Shown piece after piece: positions 54,601-64,000 of a stretch of DNA of 64,000 nucleotides. The stretch comes from an uncultured cyanobacterium. GTDB taxonomy: Bacteria; Cyanobacteriota; Cyanobacteriia; Cyanobacteriales; Microcystaceae. Numbering within the stretch: the stretch's first letter is position 1; the number at the start of each line of letters is the position of its first letter. Location of the stretch: NCBI GenBank assembly GCA_963807635.1, contig CAWEDJ010000073.1, positions 74,037 through 138,036 of the forward strand, written 5' to 3'. The notes beneath the pieces are model-generated. The model searched no databases, was not told the DNA's origin, and saw only the letters and a list, made by a program, of their open reading frames with translations. Position numbers and translations under genes: made by a program.

Positions 54601-54706
54601 GCGATCGCTTTTTGTGGGGATGAGATTGGATGAGGCGATCGCTTTTGGTGAGTCGTGATTTTTAGGCGATCGCTTTTGGTGAGGTGAAGGAGAAAGTGGC
54701 GATCGC
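54601..54706. repeat. Periodic HIP1 array (4 copies)
   Basis: GCGATCGC at 54601, 54635, 54666, 54699; the first three are followed by TTTT(T)G. Confidence 0.85.
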
Positions 54707-54830
54707 CCTTTAATGGGTCAGTTTCTTCGTCACCAGAAAAAATTTCGTCCTCCCATTCTGGATGGCTTGGGTATATGTTAAGATAAGTAACGAAAATGAA
54801 AGCCTTTAAGATTTATTATTTAAGATTGCC

Positions 54831-55559
54831 GTGATCCCCCTCTTAACATCTGTTGTTGCCAACTTTGCTCGACCATCCAGTAGGGACGAGTTCATCTTAC
54901 CCAAGGAGCGATCACAGAATACCGAAGCCTGGTTTATCCTGCTGATGTCAGGGTTTCTCGTCTCCGTGCCTGTTTTTGTCCAAGCCCCCTTAGTCCGCTC
55001 CTTTCCCTGGTTAAGTTTGGCGTTGACCCTCGGTTGGATAATCTTTGCCATCGTCTTAATGAGAAATCCCAATCCCAAAATTTCTGTTTGGGGAGATCTG
55101 TTCTTAGGATTTAGCTGGAGTTGGTTAGCGGGTTCTATTTATTGGGGATGGTTTCGTTGGGAACCCTTGATTCACCTTCCCATTGAAGCGATCGCTCTGC
55201 CTGTTGCGATTTGGGGATTATCTCGACGTTGGGGACTGGTGGGTAACCTATTTTATTTGGGATCATTGACAGGAACCGCTATCACGGATATTTATTTTTA
55301 TCTCACGGGTTTAATCGATTCTTGGCGACAATTAATGGCCGCCGATCCCACCATGGCCGCGCCTATTTTCCACAACGCGATCGCCCAGATTCAGACTAGT
55401 TGGGGACTGGGTTGGGCTGTCTTGTTAGTCGGTTTCCTATTAGGATTAGGCAAATGGGCTTTGGCAAAACCCCAAATTCATTGGTGGGCGTTTGCTGGAG
55501 CAGTATTGAGTACAATTTTAGTAGACAGTTTATTCTGGATTGTTGCTATCCTGGCTTAG
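54831..55559 (+). CDS. DUF3120 family membrane protein
   Basis: LVSVPVFVQAPLVR, GFSWSWLAGSIYWGW, HLPIEAIALP, GSLTGTAITD. Confidence 0.88.
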   Translation: MIPLLTSVVANFARPSSRDEFILPKERSQNTEAWFILLMSGFLVSVPVFVQAPLVRSFPWLSLALTLGWIIFAIVLMRNPNPKISVWGDLFLGFSWSWLAGSIYWGWFRWEPLIHLPIEAIALPVAIWGLSRRWGLVGNLFYLGSLTGTAITDIYFYLTGLIDSWRQLMAADPTMAAPIFHNAIAQIQTSWGLGWAVLLVGFLLGLGKWALAKPQIHWWAFAGAVLSTILVDSLFWIVAILA

Positions 55560-55586
55560 GAACCTGCTTTTTTATCCCTTCCCCCC

Positions 55587-56579
55587 GTGGAACAACTCGG
55601 ACAAAACAACGCTCATTTTGTGATTCATACCCTCCAAGGGGAACGACAATTCTCTCTGGCGGAAAAAAACTATTGGACAATTGGGCGCAGTCAGGAAAAT
55701 GATATTGTGATCCGTGACCATTCCATGTCCCGTAACCATGCGATTCTCCAATGTAATGAAACGGGAGATTACCTCCTGATCGATTTGGGAAGCAGTAATG
55801 GTAGTTTCGTGAACGGGAAACGGGTCAGTGTTCCGATTTCTCTGCAAAACGGCGATCGCATTCTTTTTGGCAAATCCCACGTTGAATTCTATGCTCTAGG
55901 TCGTGAACTATCAACCCAGACCCCAAGGGAAGAGGATACCCAAACAAATCTCTTGCACGAACGTCGTCTGATGTCTGTCATGGTGGCAGATATGCGGAAT
56001 TTTACCGTTTTATCGAGACAATTAAACGAAGAAATCCTATCGGTCTTAATTAGTAATTGGTTTCGCCAGGCGGGAGAAATTATCCGCCACTCTGGAAGTT
56101 GGGTAGATAAATATATCGGGGATGCGATCATGGCGATTTGGTTTCATAGTGGCAAGGAAAATACTCCCGAAGAAGTCCTCAGAATTTTTCAAGCGGTCAA
56201 AGAGATCAATCAAATGACCGAAAAATTGAGCAATCAATATCCCGTTCCGTTTCCGCTCAAAATTGGGGTCGGCATTAATACGGGTTACGCAATGGTGGGG
56301 AATACAGGTAGTGAAGATCACCCCGACTATACGGCGATCGGAGATACGGTTAATGCGGCCTTTCGTTTGGAATCTTCCACAAAAATTTTAGGATTTGATA
56401 TTGCGATCGGTGAAAAAACCTACGATTATCTTAATAAATTTAAATATTTAGCGCAAAATTTTGAACAATATAATGTTAATCTCAAGGGCTATGAAGTCCC
56501 TATTACAACCTATGGAATAACCTTTAATCAATTAACAGGATTTATTCAAAGTAATCAGACGATGCCAACACTCAATTAA
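55587..56579 (+). CDS. cya1: FHA-domain class III adenylate cyclase
   Basis: FHA: IGR, SRNHA, DLGSSNG; cyclase: ADMRNFT, DKYIGDAIMA, YTAIGDTVNAAFRLE. Confidence 0.88.
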   Translation: MEQLGQNNAHFVIHTLQGERQFSLAEKNYWTIGRSQENDIVIRDHSMSRNHAILQCNETGDYLLIDLGSSNGSFVNGKRVSVPISLQNGDRILFGKSHVEFYALGRELSTQTPREEDTQTNLLHERRLMSVMVADMRNFTVLSRQLNEEILSVLISNWFRQAGEIIRHSGSWVDKYIGDAIMAIWFHSGKENTPEEVLRIFQAVKEINQMTEKLSNQYPVPFPLKIGVGINTGYAMVGNTGSEDHPDYTAIGDTVNAAFRLESSTKILGFDIAIGEKTYDYLNKFKYLAQNFEQYNVNLKGYEVPITTYGITFNQLTGFIQSNQTMPTLN

Positions 56580-56617
56580 TCATTGGTTTTCAGATAGTGA
56601 TTCTATATCAAAATTAA

Positions 56618-56926
56618 TTAATAACGGCGATCGCGTTCCAAATCAAAAATAGCTTTTTCCCAATACCAAGTCTCTGATTCTCCTGGGTGTTTCAGGCGTA
56701 AATTTTTTAAAAGACGCTCAACTGTCCTCTGATCGCCTCCCACCATTGCCGTCAACTGTTTTCGAGTTTTTCTGGGAACGGATTTTCCTGAATGGGTTTT
56801 AGCTCTCGAAGTGGTGCGATAGAAACGAGAGGAGTTTTTGTTGGACGATGACTGATTTTTTCGATAAAAGAAAAAGATAAGTCCAAAAATGACAATTAAT
56901 AAACCTAAAATAATATATTCCATCAA
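56618..56926 (-). CDS. Small membrane-anchored hypothetical protein
   Basis: N-terminal TM; C-terminal ERLL..LRLKHPG.SETWYWEKAIFDLERDRR. Confidence 0.75.
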   Translation of the reverse strand: MMEYIILGLLIVIFGLIFFFYRKNQSSSNKNSSRFYRTTSRAKTHSGKSVPRKTRKQLTAMVGGDQRTVERLLKNLRLKHPGESETWYWEKAIFDLERDRRY

Positions 56927-57112
56927 TTAATTCCCCAATATGATGATTATGGCTATTTTTCAGGACTTTTTTTCAGAGATTAGGGCGATCGCGATCGTAC
57001 CTAGTTTCTGAATTATAACTTTCCCGAATAAACCCGTAACATCACAACGTCTTCTTTGCTAAATGCGATCGCCTAGTCGCTTCCCACAAGTTACTTTTTT
57101 AGGTAGAATGTT

Positions 57113-57409
57113 ATGAAATTGTTGTCAAATGTTGCAAATGTTGTTCACTGTGATCCCGATATAATGGGTGGGATTCCTGTTTTTGCTGGTACTCGTATTC
57201 CCATCAAAACTTTGCTTGATTATCTTGAAGCGGGGGATTCTCTGAATATTTTTTTAGATCATTTTCCTAGCGTGAGTCGTGAACAGGCGATCGCGGCTTT
57301 AGAATTAGCCATAGAAATGCTAACGACCTATGCGAATCCTGTGTCCTCAGCTACTACAGCAAATTTCGTTCAAACCCGCTACAAGTATGGTAACATGAAA
57401 AAAACTTAA
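57113..57409 (+). CDS. DUF433 family antitoxin; ORF runs on into the IS630 end
   Basis: DPDIMGGIPVFAGTRIP, LDYLEAG, FPSVSREQ. Confidence 0.9.
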   Translation: MKLLSNVANVVHCDPDIMGGIPVFAGTRIPIKTLLDYLEAGDSLNIFLDHFPSVSREQAIAALELAIEMLTTYANPVSSATTANFVQTRYKYGNMKKT

Positions 57410-58417
57410 AAAAATTAATGAGATATGGCAGCATATTCGCTAGATTTACGCCAAAGAATACTAACGGCATGGCAAAACCAAGAAAATACTCAAAGAGGTT
57501 TAGCAAAACGATTTAAGGTTAGCTTATCTTTCGTTCGCGATTTTTTACGTCGGTATCGACAAACAAATGAAATAGCACCCAAACCCCAAGGGGGAGATCG
57601 CCGTTCAAAGATAAAGGGTGAAGACGAAGAATTATTAAAAAAAATAGTTGCAGAACAAAATGATATATATTTACGAGAAATCCAAGAAAAATTGCAACAA
57701 GAGAAAGGAATAGAAGTAAGTATATCGGGGGTAAGTCGAACTCTTACACGTTTAGAATTAGGGCGTAAAAAAAAAACATTAGTAGCAAGTGAGCAAGGCA
57801 CAGAAAAGGTTAAAGAATCGCGTTATGAATTTAGACGTTGGCTAGAGACGATAGATATAAGAAACCTGATATTCATTGATGAGACGGGTCTTAATCTAGC
57901 GATGGTAAGACTCTATGCGCGTTGTCTGGGAGGAGAAAGGGTTTATGATGAGCGTCCAGGAAATAAAGGACAAAACATCACTTTAATTGGGGCGATGAGT
58001 GATGAAGGTTTGATTGCCTCAATGACCTTTCCTGGCAGTCTAAATACCGATAGTTTTTTAGTCTTTATTGAGCAAGTATTATTACCTCAGTTATGGGCAG
58101 GGGCAATTGTCGTGATGGATAATTTGTCTGTACATTACGCTACCGTCACTACAAATCTGATTGAATCTGTTGGAGCCAAGGTTAAATTTTTACCTTCCTA
58201 TTCGCCAGATTTATCACCAATTGAGTTGTGTTGGTCTAAATTAAAAGAAATTATTCGCTCTGCTAAAGCTCGAACAATCGAGGCTCTTGACGAAGCTATT
58301 ACTAATGCGATCAATACCATTACTGATGAAAATGCTCTTGATTGGTTCCAACATTGTGGTCTCTACTTTGAGCCTTTGAGATAGCTTTTTCGTGGTGCGT
58401 TTGATCGGAAATTGCTG
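57357..58417 (+). mobile_element. IS630 family insertion sequence
   Basis: 26-bp imperfect TIRs CAGCAAATTTCGTTCAAACCCGCTAC / rc CAGCAATTTCCGATCAAACGCACCAC (20/26), TA on both sides. Confidence 0.93.
57425..58384 (+). CDS. IS630 transposase (single ORF)
   Basis: AYSLDLRQR HTH, FIDETG, MDNLSVH, LPSYSPDLSPIE. Confidence 0.95.
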   Translation: MAAYSLDLRQRILTAWQNQENTQRGLAKRFKVSLSFVRDFLRRYRQTNEIAPKPQGGDRRSKIKGEDEELLKKIVAEQNDIYLREIQEKLQQEKGIEVSISGVSRTLTRLELGRKKKTLVASEQGTEKVKESRYEFRRWLETIDIRNLIFIDETGLNLAMVRLYARCLGGERVYDERPGNKGQNITLIGAMSDEGLIASMTFPGSLNTDSFLVFIEQVLLPQLWAGAIVVMDNLSVHYATVTTNLIESVGAKVKFLPSYSPDLSPIELCWSKLKEIIRSAKARTIEALDEAITNAINTITDENALDWFQHCGLYFEPLR

Positions 58418-58569
58418 TAAAGTTACCTCACAGCGATCATTTACTTTTCTTTAAACAAGATCGATTTAGGAATCTATCATTTACAATAAGAAGTTGAGCG
58501 GGGTACTTTACTTATACTTAATTTCCGCGCTCTGCGACTCAATCTGTAACTCTACAGGGCTTAATCATC

Positions 58570-58872
58570 ATGTATCCTTCTACTGAAAGAAAGCTTCGTC
58601 GGACATCTTCTACTAAGAACCTTCCTCTCCGAGAGTATAGAAAAATTGTTGGCTATTTAAGGGATGGAACTGAAAAAAAAGCAAAATTTTACCGTCAAAA
58701 GCATCAAGATAAAAAGTTGGTAGCTATTCGATTTGAGCCTGAAATTCTAGATAGCGAAGAGGGGATTCGTCTAATCAAATACCTCATAGAATCAGAACAA
58801 CGTGGGGATAAAATCTTTGTACAAAGACCCGATGAAAAGTTACGCAGAGTGTCTTTTCGACAAAAATTTTGA
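58570..58872 (+). CDS. Hypothetical basic protein
   Basis: 100-aa ORF with ATG start; RLIKYLIESEQRGDKIFVQRPDEKLRRVSF. Confidence 0.6.
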   Translation: MYPSTERKLRRTSSTKNLPLREYRKIVGYLRDGTEKKAKFYRQKHQDKKLVAIRFEPEILDSEEGIRLIKYLIESEQRGDKIFVQRPDEKLRRVSFRQKF

Positions 58873-58962
58873 TCAGAGTCATTTCTCCATAAAATAAATT
58901 AACAATCACAAAAATAAATAACTTTATCTCCTGAAAATTATCATTTTTAGAATACTTGTATA

Positions 58963-59430
58963 ATGAGTGAAGATCAACCAGAAATCCCTAGTACACAAAC
59001 AGAAACTCAAGAGATAGAAAAAATCCTCACTGAAGAAGACCAGATTGTAGGGATAGATAGTTCTCTATCTTCTTCAGAGTCACTTGATTTACCTCTTTCA
59101 GAAGAAGATACAAAAGAAATTCGTAAGACTTTTGAAAGCCCAATCTTAGAAAAAGATGAAAAAGAGATTGCTAATAATTTAGATATCAAGCGCGAAGATA
59201 CTCGCTCATTGCTTGCAAGTTGGTTGATTTATATATTTGGCTTTACTTATTTCGTTACTATTGGTGTGATGTTGTCCGTAATGTTTATGCCTGTTAACGA
59301 CAAAGAGCAGAGAACAGAAAGATACAATTATTCTAAGGATGTATTTTCTTTATTAATGTCAACGCAAACGGGAATAATTGGTGCTGTTTTAGGATTTTAC
59401 TTCGGAAGTAACCGTAATAAAAATTCATAA
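58963..59430 (+). CDS. Hypothetical two-TM protein with acidic N-terminus
   Basis: E/D/S-rich N-terminus, REDTRSLLA, TM1, TM2 GIIGAVLGFYFGS. Confidence 0.75.
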   Translation: MSEDQPEIPSTQTETQEIEKILTEEDQIVGIDSSLSSSESLDLPLSEEDTKEIRKTFESPILEKDEKEIANNLDIKREDTRSLLASWLIYIFGFTYFVTIGVMLSVMFMPVNDKEQRTERYNYSKDVFSLLMSTQTGIIGAVLGFYFGSNRNKNS

Positions 59431-59477
59431 ATTAAGAAGGTCAATTGGTGGCTTTTTGAACATTGAAAAACTAATTT

Positions 59478-62400
59478 TTAATTCCCACTAATCAACTGCA
59501 ACAATTGATCCGTCGAAACCTTACCGCTCATATCCGTCCCTTCCAATAAACTATCCGCCAGATCGCGTTTTTGATGGTGTAAATCCACAATCTTTTCCTC
59601 GATCGGATGTTGGGCAACTAAACGATAAATCGTTACAGGACGCTTTTGGCCAATACGATGGGCGCGATCGCTGGCTTGATCTTCTACGGCGGGATTCCAC
59701 CAGGGATCCATGTGAATCACATAGTCGGCGGCAGTGAGATTTAAACCCGTCCCCCCTGCTTTGAGACTGATTAAAAAGACATCCCCTTCCCCATTTTGGA
59801 AAGCATCTACCCGTTTTTTGCGTTCCTTGATCGGGGTGCTACCGTCGAGATATTGGTAGTTGATTTTTTGCTCGTCTAGATAGTTGCGGATAATCGTTAG
59901 GTGATCCACAAATTGACTAAATACCAGAGCTTTGTGACGATTTTCTAATAATTCTTGCAAAATTTCCCCAAAAGCTTCTAACTTAGAACTTTTAACAGGA
60001 CTATCGGGCATGATCAAACTGGGATTACAGCAAGCTCGACGTAAGCGCATAATTTCCGCTAAGACCTGTAAATGTTTGGCTCCTGCCTGGGCATCGCTGT
60101 TTTCTAATTTGGCGATCGCCTGACGACGGAGAGCTTCATAGAAAGCCATTTCTTCTTGGCTGAGTTCCACTTGAATCAGGATTTCCGTGCGGGCGGGTAA
60201 CTCCTTGAGAACTTGATTTTTAGTCCGACGCAAGAGAAAAGGCTGAATCAGGCGTTTGAGATTATCACGGGCGGCTTTATTTTGATTGCGTTCAATGGGA
60301 TTGGCAAAGCGTTCGTTAAAACTTTCCAAAGAACCCAATAACCCAGGATTAATAAAGCGGAAGAGATTCCACAATTCCCCTAAATGGTTTTCGACGGGGG
60401 TTCCCGTTGTTAAAAGTTTAAATTCGGATTGCAGATTCATCGCGGCTTGGGAACGCTTGGTCGCCATGTTTTTAATGGCCTGGGCTTCATCCAAAACCAC
60501 CACTTGCCATTGCACTTTTGCTAACATTTCCGATACTTCTTCCTGTTGCAACAATCCATAGGTGCAGAGAACTAGGTCAAAGGGTTGGAGATTTTCTAAG
60601 ACTGAACCGCGATCGCCACTGCCAAATTGAAAGGGATTGAGAGTCGGTGCAAAACGATTGGCTTCACTAATCCAGTTGGGACAAACGGAGGTCGGAGCCA
60701 CGATCAAAGTTGGCCCTTTGGCAGCTTTCGTCAGGATTAAAGCCAACGCCTGGACAGTTTTACCCAGCCCCATATCATCGGCTAAACAAGCCCCCACTCC
60801 CCAATGGGCTAAACGGGCTAACCATTGAAAACCTTCCAATTGATAATCCCGTAAATCCGCTTGTAACGTCGAAGGCAATTGGGGATCGAGGTCTTTCATT
60901 TCCTTGATGCGTTTGATATGTTCCTTCCAATGGCGATCGCTTTTGAGACTTTCGGCCTCGTCTAACATATCTTCGAGAGCAAGGGCTGCCAGGGGATGGA
61001 ACCGCCGACCTTTACCCTGCTTTTCAGAAAAAGCTTTTAATTCTTCTAATCTTTGGCGAAATTCATTAGTTAACGCCAGAAACTGCCCATCCGCTAGGGC
61101 AATAAAACGACCAGGGCTTTTTTCCATTAATTCCATTAACTGTTGCAAGCCGATGACTAAATTATCATCAATGCGCAATTCCCCTTCAGCCGCGAACCAA
61201 TCCCGTTGTCGTTGGATATTGAGATTAAATTGTCCAAAACCTGCCTGATGACTGACCCGTAATTTTTCCCCTTCAGGCCATTCAACCTTGACTCCATCCC
61301 CCACAGTTTGCAATTCTAAGAGTAATTCCAAGCAATTTTCGGGGTCTTCGAGATACCATTCTCCCCCTTCACTATCGTTGATCACTAAAGTCGGTAACGC
61401 TTTAATAATTTCCTTAGACCGTGCTTTTTCTTCGGTCAGATTACGAGTGGTCTGATAACGTTGACCGTCAATTTCTGTGATCACCGTTTCACCGCCTTTT
61501 CCTGGTTGGAAATAGGGGCCAGTTTCCCCAAACGGCCGAGTCATTAAAGCAACTTTTAATCCGCCTCCCATTGGTAACAAATGGAGATGGGGCAGACTAT
61601 GGGAAGGCAGTTCTTGGGCATTTTCCAGACCGCCACCAATGTCGGAATGAACCGTTACTAAGCTCGCGACTCCATTAATGGCTGTCAGCACCTTTTCTTG
61701 GGCGGTAATGGGGACTTCTAGATGATTATTTTTTCCTAAAATGGTGGCAATTTGCTGATGCTGTTGGGTGACATGAATCACCTTCAGACGGGTTAAACTT
61801 TCTTTTAAAACAATTACCTCAACGCCAGAGGAAAGATCAGGCTGAAGTTTTAAAATTAATCGTTCATTTTTCGTTTTTTTCACCTGAAGTTCAGGTTCCC
61901 CTGCAACGACTTCGATTTGTATAATGGGTGTGCCATCTAAAAATACCAAAGGATGACCTACTAGGGCCACAAAAGCCGTTTTTTCAAATTCATATTCTGT
62001 TTGTCCGTAATAACCCACCGAATAGCTTTCTAAATGACTACAAATCTGCCAATCCTGGAAGTAAAATAATTAAAATCGGCGGATTGTTTGGTTAATCTTT
62101 TGAGAGCGATCGCTCTTCCTGCTGTCCAATCTCCTTTTTTTGTCCAACTTTGTTCACGGGGAGCGAGGGCGTAATTTTTTTCGGAGTAATAAGTCACAAA
62201 CCAGGCTAAACGTTTAGTGGCGGCAGGGATGATTCTGCCTTTTTATCCGAGGGTTTACTGATTAAATTGGCTAGAGCATTGAGGGATAATTCCCAATCAC
62301 TCTGGGGTTTGAGGATATCTAAAATACTCACTCCGCCTTGTTGTTCTCGCCATTCGGAAGCAATGATCTCGTAAACCTTTTGAGAAGACGGATCGCAACG

Positions 62401-63701
62401 GGCAATGAGTTCAGCCATTTCAGCCGATAACCATTGATAACCTGCTCGATAGGCTTGTCGCTGTAAGGCTTTAGCATGATTAACCAGAGCCGCTTTGTTA
62501 TCCTGTTGTAACCAATAGGTACAGATCAGTTTTAAAAAAGTAACTAGGCTATGTTCACCAGAATTAAGGCGGCAACGGTGTCGCAAAATGTCTAGTTTCC
62601 CGCGATCGCCCTGTTGCCATTCTAATAAATAAGTTAAGGTTGTATAAACTTCATCTAAATAGGAATTATCTGACAAATCTACGGCGTATTTAAGGTAAGT
62701 TTTGGCTTCTCCTAAACAAACAGCCGAACCTTCTCCAATGAGGGCAAAAATAAAGAAGATACCCGAAATTCCTGGGAGTATATCTTGCGCTTTTTGGTTA
62801 ATTTTTTGATACTGGTTAGGGCAGTATTGTAATGTGCGATCGCCTGGGTATAATCTCCTTTAAGAAAGGCAATATTCCCTTGATAAAAAAAGTAGTTACT
62901 GGGATGGAGATCAGGGCAATTTTTTTCAAACTGTTTAAAGACTTTTTCTAGCTCCGTTAATTCTCCTCGAAGCATCATCTGTTCAGCAAATTTTGTAGCC
63001 AAACCATGATAAATTTTTTCTGTCTCCATTATTCTTTTTGTGAATTGTTCAAACAATTCTTCCATAGGAGATAAACTTTCTAGGGATGAAGCCAATTTAG
63101 CTTCAACAGCCAGTTCAAAAAATTCCGTATTAAGACTATTAATCCAATCCAAATCAAAGGGATTGTCGATCATTTCTAGAAAGATTGCTCTAAGCTAATC
63201 CGTTTAGAAGAGGAATAAAAATAATAATCTTGAAATTGCTTATCAATAAATTCAAAATCCTGGCGGTAAATACCAATGCGAACTTCTCGGATAAATTCCG
63301 ATTCTCCATGAAATGATCGGCGATTATTCGCACCATATTCATTTATCGGGAACGTAGCGGATCGCTGCGACTAGTTTTTCAAATTCTCCTGTTTTTACCG
63401 CCTCTCGAATGGGAATTTCGCTTAATGAGGGATGGCAAGTAATTCCTGTCCCCTTTTCTGCCATTAAGAACCCTGATGTGACGAGGGCATCCAGGGTTGG
63501 CTTGAGAGTGTTTGCATTCAATGCTTTGCCCTGATTATCCCGATAGTTCAAACGGTTTAAGCACAACATTAAATTATTCCGAGAAACTGGCACGTAGAGT
63601 ATGGACAAGAATTGCAAAATTGTCTTCTCTAATTGAGGTAATTTCTCATATTGAACGGTTAAAGGCTTTTTATTTTCAAATTTAACGATATTATTAGACA
63701 T
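59478..63701 (-). CDS. Large SNF2-family ATPase (about 1400 aa when joined; several apparent frameshifts 62020-63340)
   Basis: LRDYQ, LADDMGLGKT, DEAQ, TGTPVEN, FSQF, SLKAGGTGLNL, DPWWNP, RAHRIGQ; contiguous same-strand N-terminal fragments. Confidence 0.9.
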
Positions 63702-64000
63702 AAAATAAGATCTCAAAAAAAATTTTTTACTTAAACCCATTCCCAATCCCCTAGAACAAAATTGGGAGATTTAGGCAGCTAGAGAAGGTTAATAAGAGAG
63801 GCTCAATCCTATCAATAACCTATGCGGTTTTCTACTAGTTTGGCTTGTTCAGGAGTATGTCGCAGATAGGGAGATTAAACTTCCAGGGATGCAAGGAGAC
63901 GGGTAAACGGTGAGCTAAAGTTGGGAGACTAGGGAAGCGACAAACTAACTGTAATCAAAATCTAGTCCCTATTTTGTATCAAAATTATACAATACTTACA

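Larger units (their letters stand above)
1..64000. repeat. HIP1 octamer GCGATCGC dispersed throughout
   Basis: Dozens of copies in coding and intergenic DNA (e.g. 957, 9163, 46733-46796, 54601-54706); not counted exactly. Confidence 0.95.

Noticed and set aside
54601..54706. CRISPR array
   Set aside because: Repeat is only ~13 bp, period ~32 bp, spacers partly similar, and there are no cas genes or leader
50868..59430. Classical integron or prophage
   Set aside because: No tyrosine integrase, no attC-like RYYYAAC...GTTRRRY sites recognised, and no phage genes
400..61248. Numerous short antisense or overlapping ORFs in the six-frame track
   Set aside because: They are shadows of well-supported genes on another strand or frame
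63975..63991. NtcA site upstream of SNF2 (TGTATCAAAATTATACA)
   Set aside because: Spacing is GTA-N9-TAC, not N8; more likely overlaps a -10 TATAAT on the minus strand

Overview
This is chromosomal DNA from a HIP1 (GCGATCGC)-rich cyanobacterium. Its gene order resembles Synechocystis (stand-alone rpoC1, ndhA-I-G-E, EAL-patA, DUF3120-cya1); that placement is inference. Most of the window is housekeeping: rpoC1, comM, cbiD, glgC, cobL, pgi, aroA, murT, ndhAIGE, sigE, priA, topA, egtD, chlB, acs, cya1 and a large SNF2 ATPase. Many conserved or essential genes carry frameshifts, and many of these sit on GATC, CGATCG or GGCC motifs, which points to long-read basecalling errors at methylated sites rather than real pseudogenes. 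Two accessory patches stand out. (1) 10.3-14.0 kb holds a 113-bp MITE with an 8-bp TSD, a RAYT transposase bracketed by two homologous REPINs, an orphan Cys-His-Asp protein, and a Ser/Thr kinase-FGE protein whose 3' end looks like a DGR variable repeat, although no RT or TR lies in the window. (2) 50.8-59.5 kb is a string of intact and decayed toxin-antitoxin modules and small genes, plus an IS630. Most junctions up to 54.7 kb are marked by HIP1 clusters, and one TA pair is flanked by a 41-bp HIP1-cored direct repeat, making this a candidate HIP1-delimited cassette array. No rRNA, tRNA or CRISPR array was seen. All family calls come from motif recognition, not database searches.
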